NCBI GenBank assembly: GCA_965237955.1
Contig: OZ250169.1
Location: 1,504,001 to 1,568,000 of the forward strand
Source of the DNA: Candidatus Marinacidobacterales bacterium
Lineage (GTDB): Bacteria > Acidobacteriota > Vicinamibacteria > Marinacidobacterales > SMYC01
Reading direction: 5' to 3'
Length of the DNA stretch: 64,000 nt
Shown: piece by piece, positions 29,766-40,474 of the stretch
Position numbering within the stretch: the stretch's first letter is position 1
How the letters are laid out: every line of letters starts with the position of its first letter
Made by a program: the position numbers and the translations under genes
Notes under the pieces: generated by a model
What the model saw: only the letters and a program-made list of their open reading frames with translations
Databases searched by the model: none
What the model was told of the DNA's origin: nothing

Positions 29766-31149
29766 CTACTCGACGAGCGCCTTTTCTACCGGAAGCCGGT
29801 ACCAGCCTCGCTCGACGCGAAGGCGAGACGACATCCGTAGCGGCCAGCGAAAGACGGACGGCGTCGGCCCGTAGCCGGGCCTCTGATAGAAGCGAAAGCT
29901 CTCGACAAGCCGGTACGTGTCTTCGTTCACCCAGGGGCCCACGCCGCCGACATAGTCAAAATCTGCCCACTCTTCGAGCGATTGCGGAAACTCGTAGTCA
30001 CCGGGTGAAAGATTCTGCACGATTTCCGCTCCCGGGTAGGGCCAGTAATAGAAGAGGGCCACTTCGAAGGCGGGGCTCATGGCGCGCAAACGGCGGGCGA
30101 CATCGAGAGACGCTTGGACCGACTCCGCGTCCTCTCCGGGAAAGCCGACGATAAATGGGAAGATGGCACCAATGCCATAGCGAACGCAGCTCTCGGCGCA
30201 TTCGAAGACCTGGCCGATCTCGATGTCCTTTTTCATCCAGTCGAGCATCTTCTGAGAGCCCGACTCCACGCCGATCATGACGCGTGTCAAGCCTGACCTC
30301 TTGGTCTTTTCCCAAAGGAACTCGTCCATGCGGTGTCCCTGGTCGGCACGCAAAGTCGCCGTCCACGAAACGCATCTCGGCCGCCAGTAACGCTTCGGCG
30401 ATGGCGTCCACCCGTTTCGGGCTGGTGAAAAATGTCTCGTCCTGAAAGGCCACTTCCTGAAAGGGGTAGACCCGCCACCAATATTCAAGCTCATCCACTA
30501 CCCGTTGGGGCTCGAGACCCGTCCATCCCCTTCCGTAAACGAACGGGTCGGCGCAGAAGGCACAACGAAACCGACAGCCCTGAGAGGAGATGTAGTCGAG
30601 CTGGCGATGTCTCTTGCGCCGGTAGTACTCCTCCACCGGCACGAGGCGGTAGTCGACTCGGGGAAAGGCGTTGACGTCACCGAGCGGACGCGGGCGCTCG
30701 ACGCGAGGCCGCCCTTCGGCTCGATGGGCGGTGCCGGCAACGCCGGCAACGCTCTCACCCCCGGCCAGACGTCCGATAACTTCGCCAACGCTCTCTTCGC
30801 CCTGCCCGATGACGACGACGTCCACCGAGCTCTCTTCCAGACACTGTTCAGGAAAGAGCGAAGGGTGCCAGCCGCCCCAAACGACGTGAAGATCGGGGCG
30901 GCGGGCCTTGACAGCGCGCGAAACGGCCAGGGCGTCGCGAATGGGAGCGCCGGTGAGGACCCCAACGCCGAGACAAAGTGCGTTCTCAGCGGCCTCGACG
31001 ACGGCGTCGATAGGGTCCTCCTCAAGCCGTCCGTCCACCACTACGACCTCGAACCGGCTACGGTCGAGGGCCGAGCCCACCGCCATCACGCCGAGGGGCA
31101 TGGTATGGAAAACGCCCGGGGGGTTGTATAGGACGACACGGTCCGACAA
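29766..31149 (-). pseudogene. B12-binding radical SAM protein, frameshifted near 30345
   Basis: PLG, WGGWHPS, SQGCRFRCAFC (CxxxCxxC), FQDETF; continues with GVESGSQ, FIVGFPGE in another frame. Confidence 0.85.
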
Positions 31150-31289
31150 GCGGGATACCTCCTTACCCTCCTTCAGCCTATCGTAGAGTCTAACCTATCT
31201 GTGTTCATCCACTTACCTCTTTAGCGTCGAAGAGCGATTGCAGCTCATGGGGTGAATGGCCGTAAGTTGTAGAGTTAACAGAAAATCCG

Positions 31290-31400
31290 CCCCCTCTTCT
31301 AGCTGTCGGTAGGTCAGTCGGCAGTTCAGAAACGTGAGGGTGGTCGCGTCGCCGTACTCAGCGGCGGCGCGATCGATAACGCCTGGCTGCGCTTCGAGCT
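31290..31400 (-). pseudogene. Acyl-CoA ligase N-terminal remnant
   Basis: IDRAAAEYGDATTLTFLNCRLTYRQL. Confidence 0.4.
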
Positions 31401-31434
31401 CGTACCGGAGGAGTTCCACCTGCGAGGCGGGCGG

Positions 31435-32150
31435 ATGGAGCTCGACATTCCCTTCACGCAGGCGCGTACCCCGAATCTCTTCCCCTATAACATATATTTT
31501 GCCAATACGGGTTTCGAGACCGATAGTATCGGCCAGTACCACGATGGCGGTGAGGTCGGCGGCTTCCTCGACGACGAGACCTACTGGTCGCTGGCGGTGG
31601 TCGATGGCCGGAGCAACGCCGATAACGCCGGTTTCGCCCCCAATCTCTACAGCCGAATCATGCGATTCTTCGGGGAAAACCGAGCCGGTGCCTTTACTCT
31701 TTTCGGCGAGAACACATTGTCTCGATCGAACCCCGACCCGACGCTTGGCGGGCCTGACGTCTCGTCTGGGATGATGAGCTTTTTCGTATCGGAGCGGACG
31801 GTTCATTCGACGTGAACCGGCTGAATCTCTACGGGCTGTTCATGTATGGGCGGAACGACAACTCCATCGCCGACGCCGCCAATCCGGAAGGGACCGTGGA
31901 GCCCCTGAGCTTCGCCGGCGGCTTCCTACAGGGAGACTACTTCTTCTGGGATCAACTCACAGTCACGGCTCGGCTGGACGTCGTCAGCCGCCCACCGGAA
32001 CAACCCGCCGATCCAAAGAAGACGTTTGTCAGCTTTTTCCCGGGGTTCAGAATATACTTTCACCCCCGAGTCAGACTCGTGGTCGAAGTGGGTTTTCGGA
32101 ACCAGGACCGGCCGACGGTTGGAGCCGTCGAGCTGGGGGTTGCTTTCTAA
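31435..32150 (+). pseudogene. Outer-membrane beta-barrel protein fragment (5'-truncated, broken)
   Basis: ELDIPFTQAR, alternating beta strands, GGFLQGDY, terminal Phe; split in two ORFs. Confidence 0.5.
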
Positions 32151-32190
32151 GGACACCAACTCAGGGCTGGGCGGGTGCTTGCGCTGTTCG

Positions 32191-32359
32191 CGGTGCTTCC
32201 GCCGTCTACTGTTGGCGATCCGTACGTATCCCCATGCGAGCAAAGCGATTATGCCCGGTTTGAGGCAAGCTGGACTCGACAACGTCTAAATGGACTGTAA
32301 GCTATTGAACCGTAGTGTCTAAAAGTCCATCTCCGCAACACTTAATGACGGAAGCACCG
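32191..32359 (+). mobile_element. 169-bp MITE, copy A
   Basis: TIR CGGTGCTTCCG...CGGAAGCACCG; homologous to the reverse complement of 37277-37445. Confidence 0.8.
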
Positions 32360-32883
32360 TAAAAGCGGTTTCTCATTTATTATTAACACCTCCTCTTGCC
32401 CATATTCAACAGAACATTTCCTGACGCTCATACCTATCGGTCGGCCGACGACGAGGGATTCGAACGGTGAAGCACTCGGAGCACCGAGCGCAACCACTTA
32501 GGAGCTATATTTCATGGTGAGATTGCGCCCTTGGAGGTGTCGTGGCGAAGCTCGGATACTCACGACAGGGCCGGAACGTGAGTGGCGAGAGTTGGGCAGC
32601 TCGCGAGATGCGAGGACGATCAGAAGCGAGCCACGGCGAATCCACGCCCGCGTTGGAAGTGGAACCCGAGGATCTAAAACTGGCTTTGCAACGGTGGGAA
32701 GACGAAGGTGGGAGCGCGGCCGGGACGGATGGGCCACGTTCGTCGAATTCAGCGACGGGAAGGCGATAATGGAAGGTTGTTAGATCGAAAACTCCACGAG
32801 ATAACCATTCGATAGTCTGAGCGAACCCTGTTTCGCAATCGTTTAGTCCGAAGAGGGACGATAGCGCCATGAGGTGATTCCCG

Positions 32884-33315
32884 ATGAGAAGAGATGACTT
32901 CCCCGCGCCACGTGAAGAGATGGTCCTCACGCATTTCTTAACCGTCGAGGATCTGGACCGCGCACGTGCTTTCTACGCCGATGTGCTCGGCGGCCAGGTT
33001 GTACTTGAACGGGATCCGTGCGTTATCAAGCTCGCCAACACGTGGGTGATCCTCAACGTGGGCGGCGGCCCGACCGACGACAAACCCGACGTGACATTAG
33101 CCCCCCCGACCGACCTCAAGAAGGTCGGCAGTTTCATGAACATCCGAGTGGCTGATATCAAGGCCAAGTACGAAGAGTGGCGTTCCAAGGGCGCGGAGTT
33201 CCTGACGCCGCCTATCGATCGAGGTCCGGAGATCCGGTGCTACATGCGTGATCCCGACGGGTACCTCATCGAGGTTGGCGAGGCGACTGGGATCCTGAAA
33301 ATGCTTGCCGATTAG
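32884..33315 (+). CDS. VOC/glyoxalase-family protein
   Basis: VEDLDRARAFYADVLG, MNIRVADI, RDPDGYLIEV. Confidence 0.9.
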   Translation: MRRDDFPAPREEMVLTHFLTVEDLDRARAFYADVLGGQVVLERDPCVIKLANTWVILNVGGGPTDDKPDVTLAPPTDLKKVGSFMNIRVADIKAKYEEWRSKGAEFLTPPIDRGPEIRCYMRDPDGYLIEVGEATGILKMLAD

Positions 33316-33395
33316 CGCGCAAACGAGTGCTGCTTTTCCCGTGAAGATGACCGCACGGTCAGCCGCGAGCCTATCAACGCACGACTAATTCATTG

Positions 33396-34037
33396 AGGTA
33401 AACCCCCGGCTCTGCCGGGGTGACTCCCAGAGGTTTGACCGTGTAAGGAAGTAGGAAAGAAAGTCCTCCTTGGAAAGCGCGAACTTCCAAACAAGGAGGA
33501 CTACCAAGGTGAAAGAATACAAGAGCCTATCCCACACACGATGGGACTGCAAATATCACGTTGTGTTCATCCCGAAGTACCGAAGGAAGAAGATGTATGG
33601 TGCAATCAGAACGCATCTGGGAAAGATTCTCCACGAGCTGGCGAAACAAAAAGAGGCCCGGATTCTGGAGGGCCACTTGATGTCGGACCACGTCCACATG
33701 TGCATCAGCATCCCACCGAAGTTTGCGGGTGTCGAACGTGGTGGGGTTCATCAAAGGCAAGAGTGCGATCTCGGTGGCACGGAACTTCCGCGGACGCAGA
33801 CGCAACTTCACCGGCGAAAGCTTCTGGGCACGCGGTTACTTCGTGTCGACCGTAGGCTTGGACGAAGAGATGGTCCGCAAGTACATTCCAAGAGCAGGAG
33901 GACCAACGTCTGGACCAGCTGAATATGGACTGGTCGGGCTCGTAGTTGGGGAGCAAGATCGCCCCCTTTAGGGGGCTCATGAACAGCCCCTTCGAGGGGC
34001 TCTTATGAATAGGCCCCCGGCTTTGCCGGGGGTCACT
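33396..34037 (+). mobile_element. tnpA: IS200-type element; Y1 transposase tnpA (from 33509) is frameshifted
   Basis: KYHVVFIPKYRRK, DHVH (HUH), FWARGYFVSTVG; subterminal hairpins CCCCGGCTCTGCCGGGG and CCCCCGGCTTTGCCGGGGG. Confidence 0.92.
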
Positions 34038-34814
34038 TTAACTGACCTTTACATCGGACGCCGTCCGATGGAGGTCGTGATTCAGAGGTACCTAGAGCAA
34101 CTACCGGGCCCGATGAAGGAATTTCGTGCTGAACGGGAGCTGAACCGGCCTTCAAGCTCGGACCTCACCGGAAGAGGATTGCCAAGAGCATCAACAGAGC
34201 CTGAGCCACTAGACCGAGGACGAACCAGCCCATCTGCGGCAAGAGCCTTCGGCGGCGGCGGAAACCGGCCAGGGCGCCCGCCGCCACCAGGGCGAAGGAG
34301 CGTCGGAGCGACAAACAAGCCGATGCTCCAGGCGCCGAGCACCACAGGAGTCAGAACGCACCCGCGGTTGTCCACGTTGCGTTACCCCAGAGCGGAGAAG
34401 CAGGAGCGCGGTTTGCGGACACGCTGATTAGTCCGCACAATCCGAGCGCTACGATCTCCAGCAGATAGCCGGCAGGAGGCGACCAGAGGCTGCGACAGGC
34501 CAGCGTTGGCGCGTAGGCCGACGAGTTCAGGTAGCCCCACCACTGCCAGGAAGCCCAACCAGCCGCAACAGCAGCGAAGGCCGCGAGCAGGATTTCGACA
34601 ACCCGCATCAGGAGTGCTCGGCGCCGAACATATCCGCTTCGCGCACATACCACAATCCGCACACGAAGCCGCTCTCAGGCTCGGTAAACTTCTGCCCGCC
34701 GAGCCGCGAAGGATGACCACGGCGCTCGAGTGGTAGACGCTGAATTTCCCCTCTAGCGCCGTGGTGGGGGTCTTGTAGCCCGTGAGTGATCAGCGATGAT
34801 TAGATTTCCCTTGT

Positions 34815-35299
34815 CCCCCTGTCTGCTCGAACAGGTCGACTCTCCGATCCGACGTTTCACAGCCGATGGGGCCTACGACACGCGGTCGGTGTACGAGCTG
34901 CTCGGTGAGGTCGGCACCGCGGACATCAAGTTCGTGATCCCACCTCGACGAGGGGCGGTGCCTTCGGACGGCGCCGAGGGCACGTGGGCGCAGCGGAACG
35001 CAACCCTCGAGACGATTCGCAATGTCGGGTGCCAAGGCTTGCAGCGGGAGTCACGGTATCGACGACAGGGCGGACAGGGCGCCGTCGAGAATCTTTGCTT
35101 CAGGTACAAGCGCACGCTCGGAAACAGCCTTCGTGCGCGCGCGGCTACGAATCGCAGAAGCAGGAGGCAAGGATCGGGTGCAATGTATTGAACCGGATGG
35201 TTGAGCTGGGCAAGCCTGAATCCCAAGCGATCGTCGGGGAGTAAGTTGGGCCGCCAAAAGGATCCGTGCGTGTCCCGAACTGATTCATGCACCAACGCC
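34815..35299 (+). mobile_element. Divergent IS5 (IS903-like) 3' remnant
   Basis: ADGAYD, VIPPRRGA, EARIGCNVLNRM.ELG.P; right end TTCATGCACCAACGCC. Confidence 0.8.
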
Positions 35300-35465
35300 T
35301 CTCGGCGGCCAGCCCGGCAAGCTCCTCCAGACCCAGCTCACCTCGCTCGAAGGCGGCGCCCTTTCCCGAATCGTAGCTCTCGTAGCGCTCCTTCTTTCCC
35401 TCCACGTAGCCGGAGCGATCCAGGATCTTGCTGGCGACGAGAAGGCCGCGCGCGAGTGTATCCAT
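35300..35465 (-). pseudogene. xylA: Xylose isomerase C-terminal remnant
   Basis: MDTLARGLLVASKI......KKERYESYDSGKGAAFERGELGLEEL matches class II XylA tails. Confidence 0.7.
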
Positions 35466-35487
35466 TGCGCTGATGTGTCCGGCCCGG

Positions 35488-37104
35488 CTAGGACGTTCTC
35501 GAAGCGGTCGGCAAGGTAATCGTAAACGTTGTCCCTTTGCCGACGGTGCTCTCCACGGCTATGTTACCCCGGTGCTTCCGAATGATATTATGACTAATCG
35601 ACAGGCCTAGCCCGGTTCCGATGCCGACTCCCTTGGTCGTAAAACCGGGGTCGAAGATTTTGTTTAGTCTCTCCGGTGGGATACCTCTTCCCGTGTCCGT
35701 GATTTTGACATAGACGTTCGCGGCGTCCGTCGAAGTCTTGATCCGTATCGTGCCCTTTTTCTCAATGGCCTGAACCGCATTCGAGAGGAGATTCATAAAG
35801 ACCTGGTTCAACTCCTGGGGATAACAATAGATCGGTGGAATATCGCCATAGTTCCGCTTCACTTCGGCCTTGTTCTTCAGTTCGTGTTGCAACAGCGTCA
35901 GCGTACTATCGAGTCCCTCGTGAATATCGGCCTTGTCAAGCTCCGCCTCGTCCAGTCGGGCAAAAGTCTTCAGACTTCGAATGATTGTCGAGATTCTGTC
36001 ACTTCCCTCGACTGCGATATCGACGTTTTCCGTAAGCAGTCGTATTGCCGTTTGAAAACGTCTGTTGTCTAGAATGGCCTGCGTAGAGTTTTCTTGCTCA
36101 ATGATTTCTTTCAGCTGTTCGACACACCGTCTCGAAACATCGGAGGCGCTCCTCACGGCCCCCATCGGATTGTTGATCTCGTGCGCCACACCGGCGACGA
36201 GGTTACCGAGCGACGCCATCTTCTCACGCAACACCAGTTGATTCTGGGTCTCTTTGAGCCGAAGAAGCGTAGCCTCGAGCTCTGCGGTACGCTCGTGCAC
36301 ACGCTGTTCAAGCTCAACATTCAGCTTGCGAATCTCTTCTTCGGCCTTTACAAGCTCCGTAACATCCAGCCCCGTTCCCACCATCCGGATCGGATTATTA
36401 GCCTCATCCGTAGTAACCTCACCGCGTCCCTGAAGCGTGCGAATCGTGCCATCCGGACGAACGATCCGGTGATAGAACTCAAGTGGCGTAAGGTTTTGAT
36501 ACGACGTATCCACCAGACCCCTGACACGTTCGCGATCATCAGGATGGACGCGTTCCAGGAAGCCTTCATACGAGGCCGCAAATTCTTCGGGGTTGAGGCC
36601 ATAGATCTTGTACAACTCATCGGACCAGGTGACGACATTTGCACGAATATCCCACTCCCAGATACCGAGATGAGCGACCCGCTGCGCTTCCAGGAGGAAT
36701 CGCCTGTTTTTCTCGAGTTTCTCCGCCGCTTTTCTGCGCTCGGCGTGGTCGCGAACAAAGCTGCAAATGTATTCCTTGCCATCGAGCTCGATAAAGTTGT
36801 TTGTGACGCCTACGGGGATAATATGACCATCTTTTCTGCGATGCTCGGCCTCGAAGTTGTGCACGCGTGTTTCCTTTAGCTTCCCCCAATACCTCGCCCC
36901 TCTTTCCGCCGAGTAGTCGACGAGGATGTCATAGATTGTCGCGGAGAGTAGCTCATCCCGTGTGTAACCGAGCAACTGGCACGCGGCCTCGTTGACGCGG
37001 AAAAGGCGAAAATCGGTGTCGATCCAAAGAATCGCGTCTGCAGCTCTTTCAATCGTAAAGTGGGAGAGTCGCTGCTCTTGACCGTTCTCTTTTGCAGTGC
37101 TCAT
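35488..37104 (-). CDS. PAS-PAS sensor histidine kinase (NtrB-like)
   Basis: Two PAS domains; AGVAHEINNP, QVFMNLLSNA, DTGRGI, GTGLGL. Confidence 0.92.
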   Translation of the reverse strand: MSTAKENGQEQRLSHFTIERAADAILWIDTDFRLFRVNEAACQLLGYTRDELLSATIYDILVDYSAERGARYWGKLKETRVHNFEAEHRRKDGHIIPVGVTNNFIELDGKEYICSFVRDHAERRKAAEKLEKNRRFLLEAQRVAHLGIWEWDIRANVVTWSDELYKIYGLNPEEFAASYEGFLERVHPDDRERVRGLVDTSYQNLTPLEFYHRIVRPDGTIRTLQGRGEVTTDEANNPIRMVGTGLDVTELVKAEEEIRKLNVELEQRVHERTAELEATLLRLKETQNQLVLREKMASLGNLVAGVAHEINNPMGAVRSASDVSRRCVEQLKEIIEQENSTQAILDNRRFQTAIRLLTENVDIAVEGSDRISTIIRSLKTFARLDEAELDKADIHEGLDSTLTLLQHELKNKAEVKRNYGDIPPIYCYPQELNQVFMNLLSNAVQAIEKKGTIRIKTSTDAANVYVKITDTGRGIPPERLNKIFDPGFTTKGVGIGTGLGLSISHNIIRKHRGNIAVESTVGKGTTFTITLPTASRTS

Positions 37105-37276
37105 TGGGGCTCCCGTCAATAGGTAACACACCAAGACATGGAAGACGAGGGTTCTTGAATTATAGAATCGACTCGTGATTCTCGCGTTATTTCAGCAGGA
37201 CCATCCGGCGAGTCTGGTCGACATCCGGCGCCGTCAAACGATAGAAATACACACCGGATCCCACCGTTCGTCCGGC

Positions 37277-37445
37277 GGGTGCTTCCGTCAAGAAGCGTTG
37301 GCGCAATGAAGTTAAGGCTTTATGGTGCAAGGGCTTACAGTCAAGTTGGGCCCTGTCGACTTCGGTTCGCGTTAAACTCGGCGTAAGCGCGTTCTTTGCG
37401 AGAGAAATGCGTACACATCACCAACAGTAGACGGCGGAAGCACCG
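37277..37445 (-). mobile_element. 169-bp MITE, copy B
   Basis: Ends GGTGCTTCCGTCA / GGCGGAAGCACC; same length as copy A and collinear with it. Confidence 0.8.
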
Positions 37446-37569
37446 GGCGAACCCTACCTACGCCGGGAAATGGCAGGCCACAAAGTGCCCTGGGGCGATC
37501 TCGGTGACGTCCGGAGGTCGAAGAATACGTGCGTCCAACGCAGCTACGCGGACTTGCTGGAGGTAAACG

Positions 37570-37821
37570 CTAATGCCTCGTCGGCAGGTGAACCGTTCTC
37601 ATGGGGAGCTCGGCAGAGCCGTCGATGCACTCGAGTCGACCGTTGGAGACTTTCCAATCTTGAAGGCGGTTGGCCCAGAGCTCAGGGCCTACCCATGTGC
37701 GATCGGCATTGACCGGCCACTGGATTGAGAAAGGATTGATGCCGGCATCTTTCGAGCAGCCGACGAATGTGATGGCCATCACAAAAACAGCTCGAGCGCA
37801 GAAACCATAGAGTCTCATCAT
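37570..37821 (-). pseudogene. N-terminal fragment of a large PhoD-like lipoprotein
   Basis: Lipobox FVGC; RTWVGPELWANRLQDW....GRLEC. Confidence 0.5.
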
Positions 37822-37898
37822 GGGGCCATTGGTATCAGGTCCTCATCAATACAACTGCCGGTTGACGAAGTCTCGAGAGATCAATTACGCTCACGGCC

Positions 37899-39425
37899 AT
37901 GCTCAGGTTCCGGTCGACGCTCGTTAGAGGACTTTTGCTTGTTCTAGTGGTGACGGTTAGTTGTTCCCAACCCGAAACGATCCCATCGAGACCCAACATC
38001 CTGCTCATTTATACCGACCAGCAACGCTTCGATACCATTGGTCGGCTCGGCAACAATCTCATTCAAACGCCCCATTTGGATCGACTCGTCGACGAAGGTG
38101 TCGCCTTTACTCACGCGGTCGTCCCGACGCCGGTGTGCTCGCCGTCTCGCTGGAGTCTCATGACCGGGCAATGGTCCACGACTCATCAGCGCTACTCCAA
38201 CCACCACGAGCCTCCGAGGCCGGCAACGGATTTGGTCAAGGAGTTGCGAGGGGCCGGGTATCGGACCGGGCTCTCGGGCAAGAACCATACGTTTCTCGAA
38301 GCCGAGGACTTCGATTTCTGGGAAGAGAAACCTGAGCCTTTGGACCCAGTGGCATCGCGGGAACGGCGCCGCTGGATGGAGTCCGTCGGGAAGAAGTACC
38401 CGCGGCTTGCGGAGGAAGCCGTCCCCGGCGGCATCGAAGCCGACCCGGCACACGCCAAGACCGACGCGGCCTTACGCTTCATTGAAGCCGATGATGGGCG
38501 ACCGTTCTTCCTTTGGCTTTCGTACAACCATCCCCATTCGCCGTACATGGTGCCCGAGCCTTTTTTCAGCATGTACAAAAACGTGACGCTGCCCGAGCCG
38601 GCTATAGAAGCTCAGGGGCTCGAAGCCGCCGGAAAGCCCTTTCGCCAGCAGTATCATCAAAAAAACAACGACGCTGTTGTGCCCTTCACCTCTGAGCAAG
38701 TCCGTCTCATGCGACAGGTCTACTACGGACAAATCTTTCTCCTGGATCGCGAGATCGGTCGGGTGCTCGACTATCTCGAGCAAAAAGGGCTTGCCGAGAA
38801 CACTCTCGTGGTCTTTACGAGTGACCACGGCGATTACATGGGCGATCACGGCTTGATGGCCAAAAGCCCAGCCATGTACGACTGCCTCGTGAGGGTACCG
38901 TTCCTCGTGCGTTGGCCCGGTCACATCGACGGGGGGCGGAGAGACACTCGCTTCGTATCCCATGTCGATCTGATGCCGACGTTTCTCGAAGTCGCCGGTC
39001 AACCGATTCCTAACTCGGTTCAAGGTGCGAGTCTCGTACCTCTTCTGAGAGATGGAGGACAGGGCGAATCAGTTCGTTCCTCGGCCTATAGTGAGTATGG
39101 TGTCCCCGGCGCCCCGTACGATGAGTCCCGTCTGGCTCAGGAAGGACTGGCTGATAAACCCTACGTCAATCCGTCTGATGATCGCCTGCCGTGGGAGGCG
39201 AATCCCGTTGCTCTGTCCGGCCGCTTCCGCATGATCCGAACGCATCAGTTGAAGTACGTCGAAGAGGTCGGCGGCACGTGCGAGCTTTATGATTTGGAAA
39301 ACGATCCCGATGAGCTCGTCAATCTGTGTCGCAGAAATGAGCACCGCGAAGTGCGGGATCGTTTAGCAGGACGACTCAACGAGTGGAAGCGCGGACTCCC
39401 GGGGATCGAGCTCGATGAACAATGA
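37899..39425 (+). CDS. Sulfatase (formylglycine-dependent)
   Basis: RPNILLIYTDQQR, CSPSRWSLMTG, GKNH, FTSDHGD, ELYDLENDPDE. Confidence 0.93.
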   Translation: MLRFRSTLVRGLLLVLVVTVSCSQPETIPSRPNILLIYTDQQRFDTIGRLGNNLIQTPHLDRLVDEGVAFTHAVVPTPVCSPSRWSLMTGQWSTTHQRYSNHHEPPRPATDLVKELRGAGYRTGLSGKNHTFLEAEDFDFWEEKPEPLDPVASRERRRWMESVGKKYPRLAEEAVPGGIEADPAHAKTDAALRFIEADDGRPFFLWLSYNHPHSPYMVPEPFFSMYKNVTLPEPAIEAQGLEAAGKPFRQQYHQKNNDAVVPFTSEQVRLMRQVYYGQIFLLDREIGRVLDYLEQKGLAENTLVVFTSDHGDYMGDHGLMAKSPAMYDCLVRVPFLVRWPGHIDGGRRDTRFVSHVDLMPTFLEVAGQPIPNSVQGASLVPLLRDGGQGESVRSSAYSEYGVPGAPYDESRLAQEGLADKPYVNPSDDRLPWEANPVALSGRFRMIRTHQLKYVEEVGGTCELYDLENDPDELVNLCRRNEHREVRDRLAGRLNEWKRGLPGIELDEQ

Positions 39426-39589
39426 CTCTCGCAAGGCTGCGACGCCGAAGCGAGCAATTCGAATAAGGAAACTTCATGCGAGGTCGCCATCGTAGGTTTC
39501 TTTCTCATCTTTCTTATATTTCAAGACTCAGAGCCCAACGACTGGGAAAACGAGGCTGTCTTCGAGCGCAACAAAGAATCAATAGGAAA

Positions 39590-40440
39590 TCAATAGGAAA
39601 AATCAAGGTCTGTTGGCGTGCCGGGGAGAGGCAGAACTCCATTTTGAGGGGGGTTCGCATGAGTCGTTGGTCAAAGCGGAGCTGAGTCCGACGCGCGGCA
39701 AGCGGAATTCACGCGGAGCGGAGCTGCTAGTCCCCTGGATCTTTGATTACTATACAAAGTTAGGCTTTTCGCCAGCCCATAAGATTCATAAGATTCATGC
39801 ACTTAGAATGGTTTCGGCAAGCTCTGCTTTATCTAGTTTGTTCTGATACAGGGGACTAGCTCTGATTGAGACACAGCCTCGAGACCCTGTTTTTTTCCTC
39901 AGAGCACGCGCTCTCGAGGCATAGGCCCCGTAGTCATGAATATATGTTTGCGCGGCTTGGGAATCGTCCGCATTCGGGCTCCTTCGAGGGTATGAGATGT
40001 TGCGGGGCTGCTTCGAAGGTCTACCCACCGCAAAATCTGGGTGAGGACGCGAGCGATAAACTCGAAGACATCGAGGGTCTCTCCGTCGGGATGGTTGAAC
40101 AAGCTCAACAGGCTCAACGGGGTGTCGTTGTTCGAGGCCTTGGCTTGGTAGAAGAGCGTGCGTGCGCCTTCAGTCCAATGGATGCGTGACAAGGAGAGAG
40201 GGCATCTCAACATGTAGCGCCCGAGTCTCTCAAGACCATCGGAGTCTTGAGGCCAAACGGTCGGAGAAGTGTCGACCGAGAAACCGCTATGTCGAAATGA
40301 GTTCAACAGCTCGATGCGTTCGTCACTCAAAAGTTGTTGACGCTCGAGGAAGTGGAGAATTTTGTGGCGGAACAACTTCTCGGCGGCGTACTTGGTGGCG
40401 GAAGCACCTAAAAATCGATGACGCCTTCGCCGTGTTCGAT
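39590..40440 (-). mobile_element. IS91-family (Y2) transposase 3' remnant, interrupted by a MITE
   Basis: FRHSGFSV, ERLGRYMLRCPLSLSRI, EFIARVLTQI; oriIS-like TTTTTCCTATTG near 39590-39603. Confidence 0.65.
39727..39859. mobile_element. 133-bp CTAG-flanked MITE, copy 1
   Basis: CTAGTCCCCTG...CAGGGGACTAG; near-identical to 59825-59957. Confidence 0.88.
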
Positions 40441-40474
40441 GCTCTGCTTTATGACATGCTGGAGTTCTAGAGGA

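Noticed and set aside
34040-34790. Short ORFs between IS200 and the IS5 remnant
   Set aside because: No recognisable family and conflicting frames
35570-35582. CGGTGCTTCCG match to the MITE end
   Set aside because: Lies within the intact kinase coding sequence with no partner end; treated as chance
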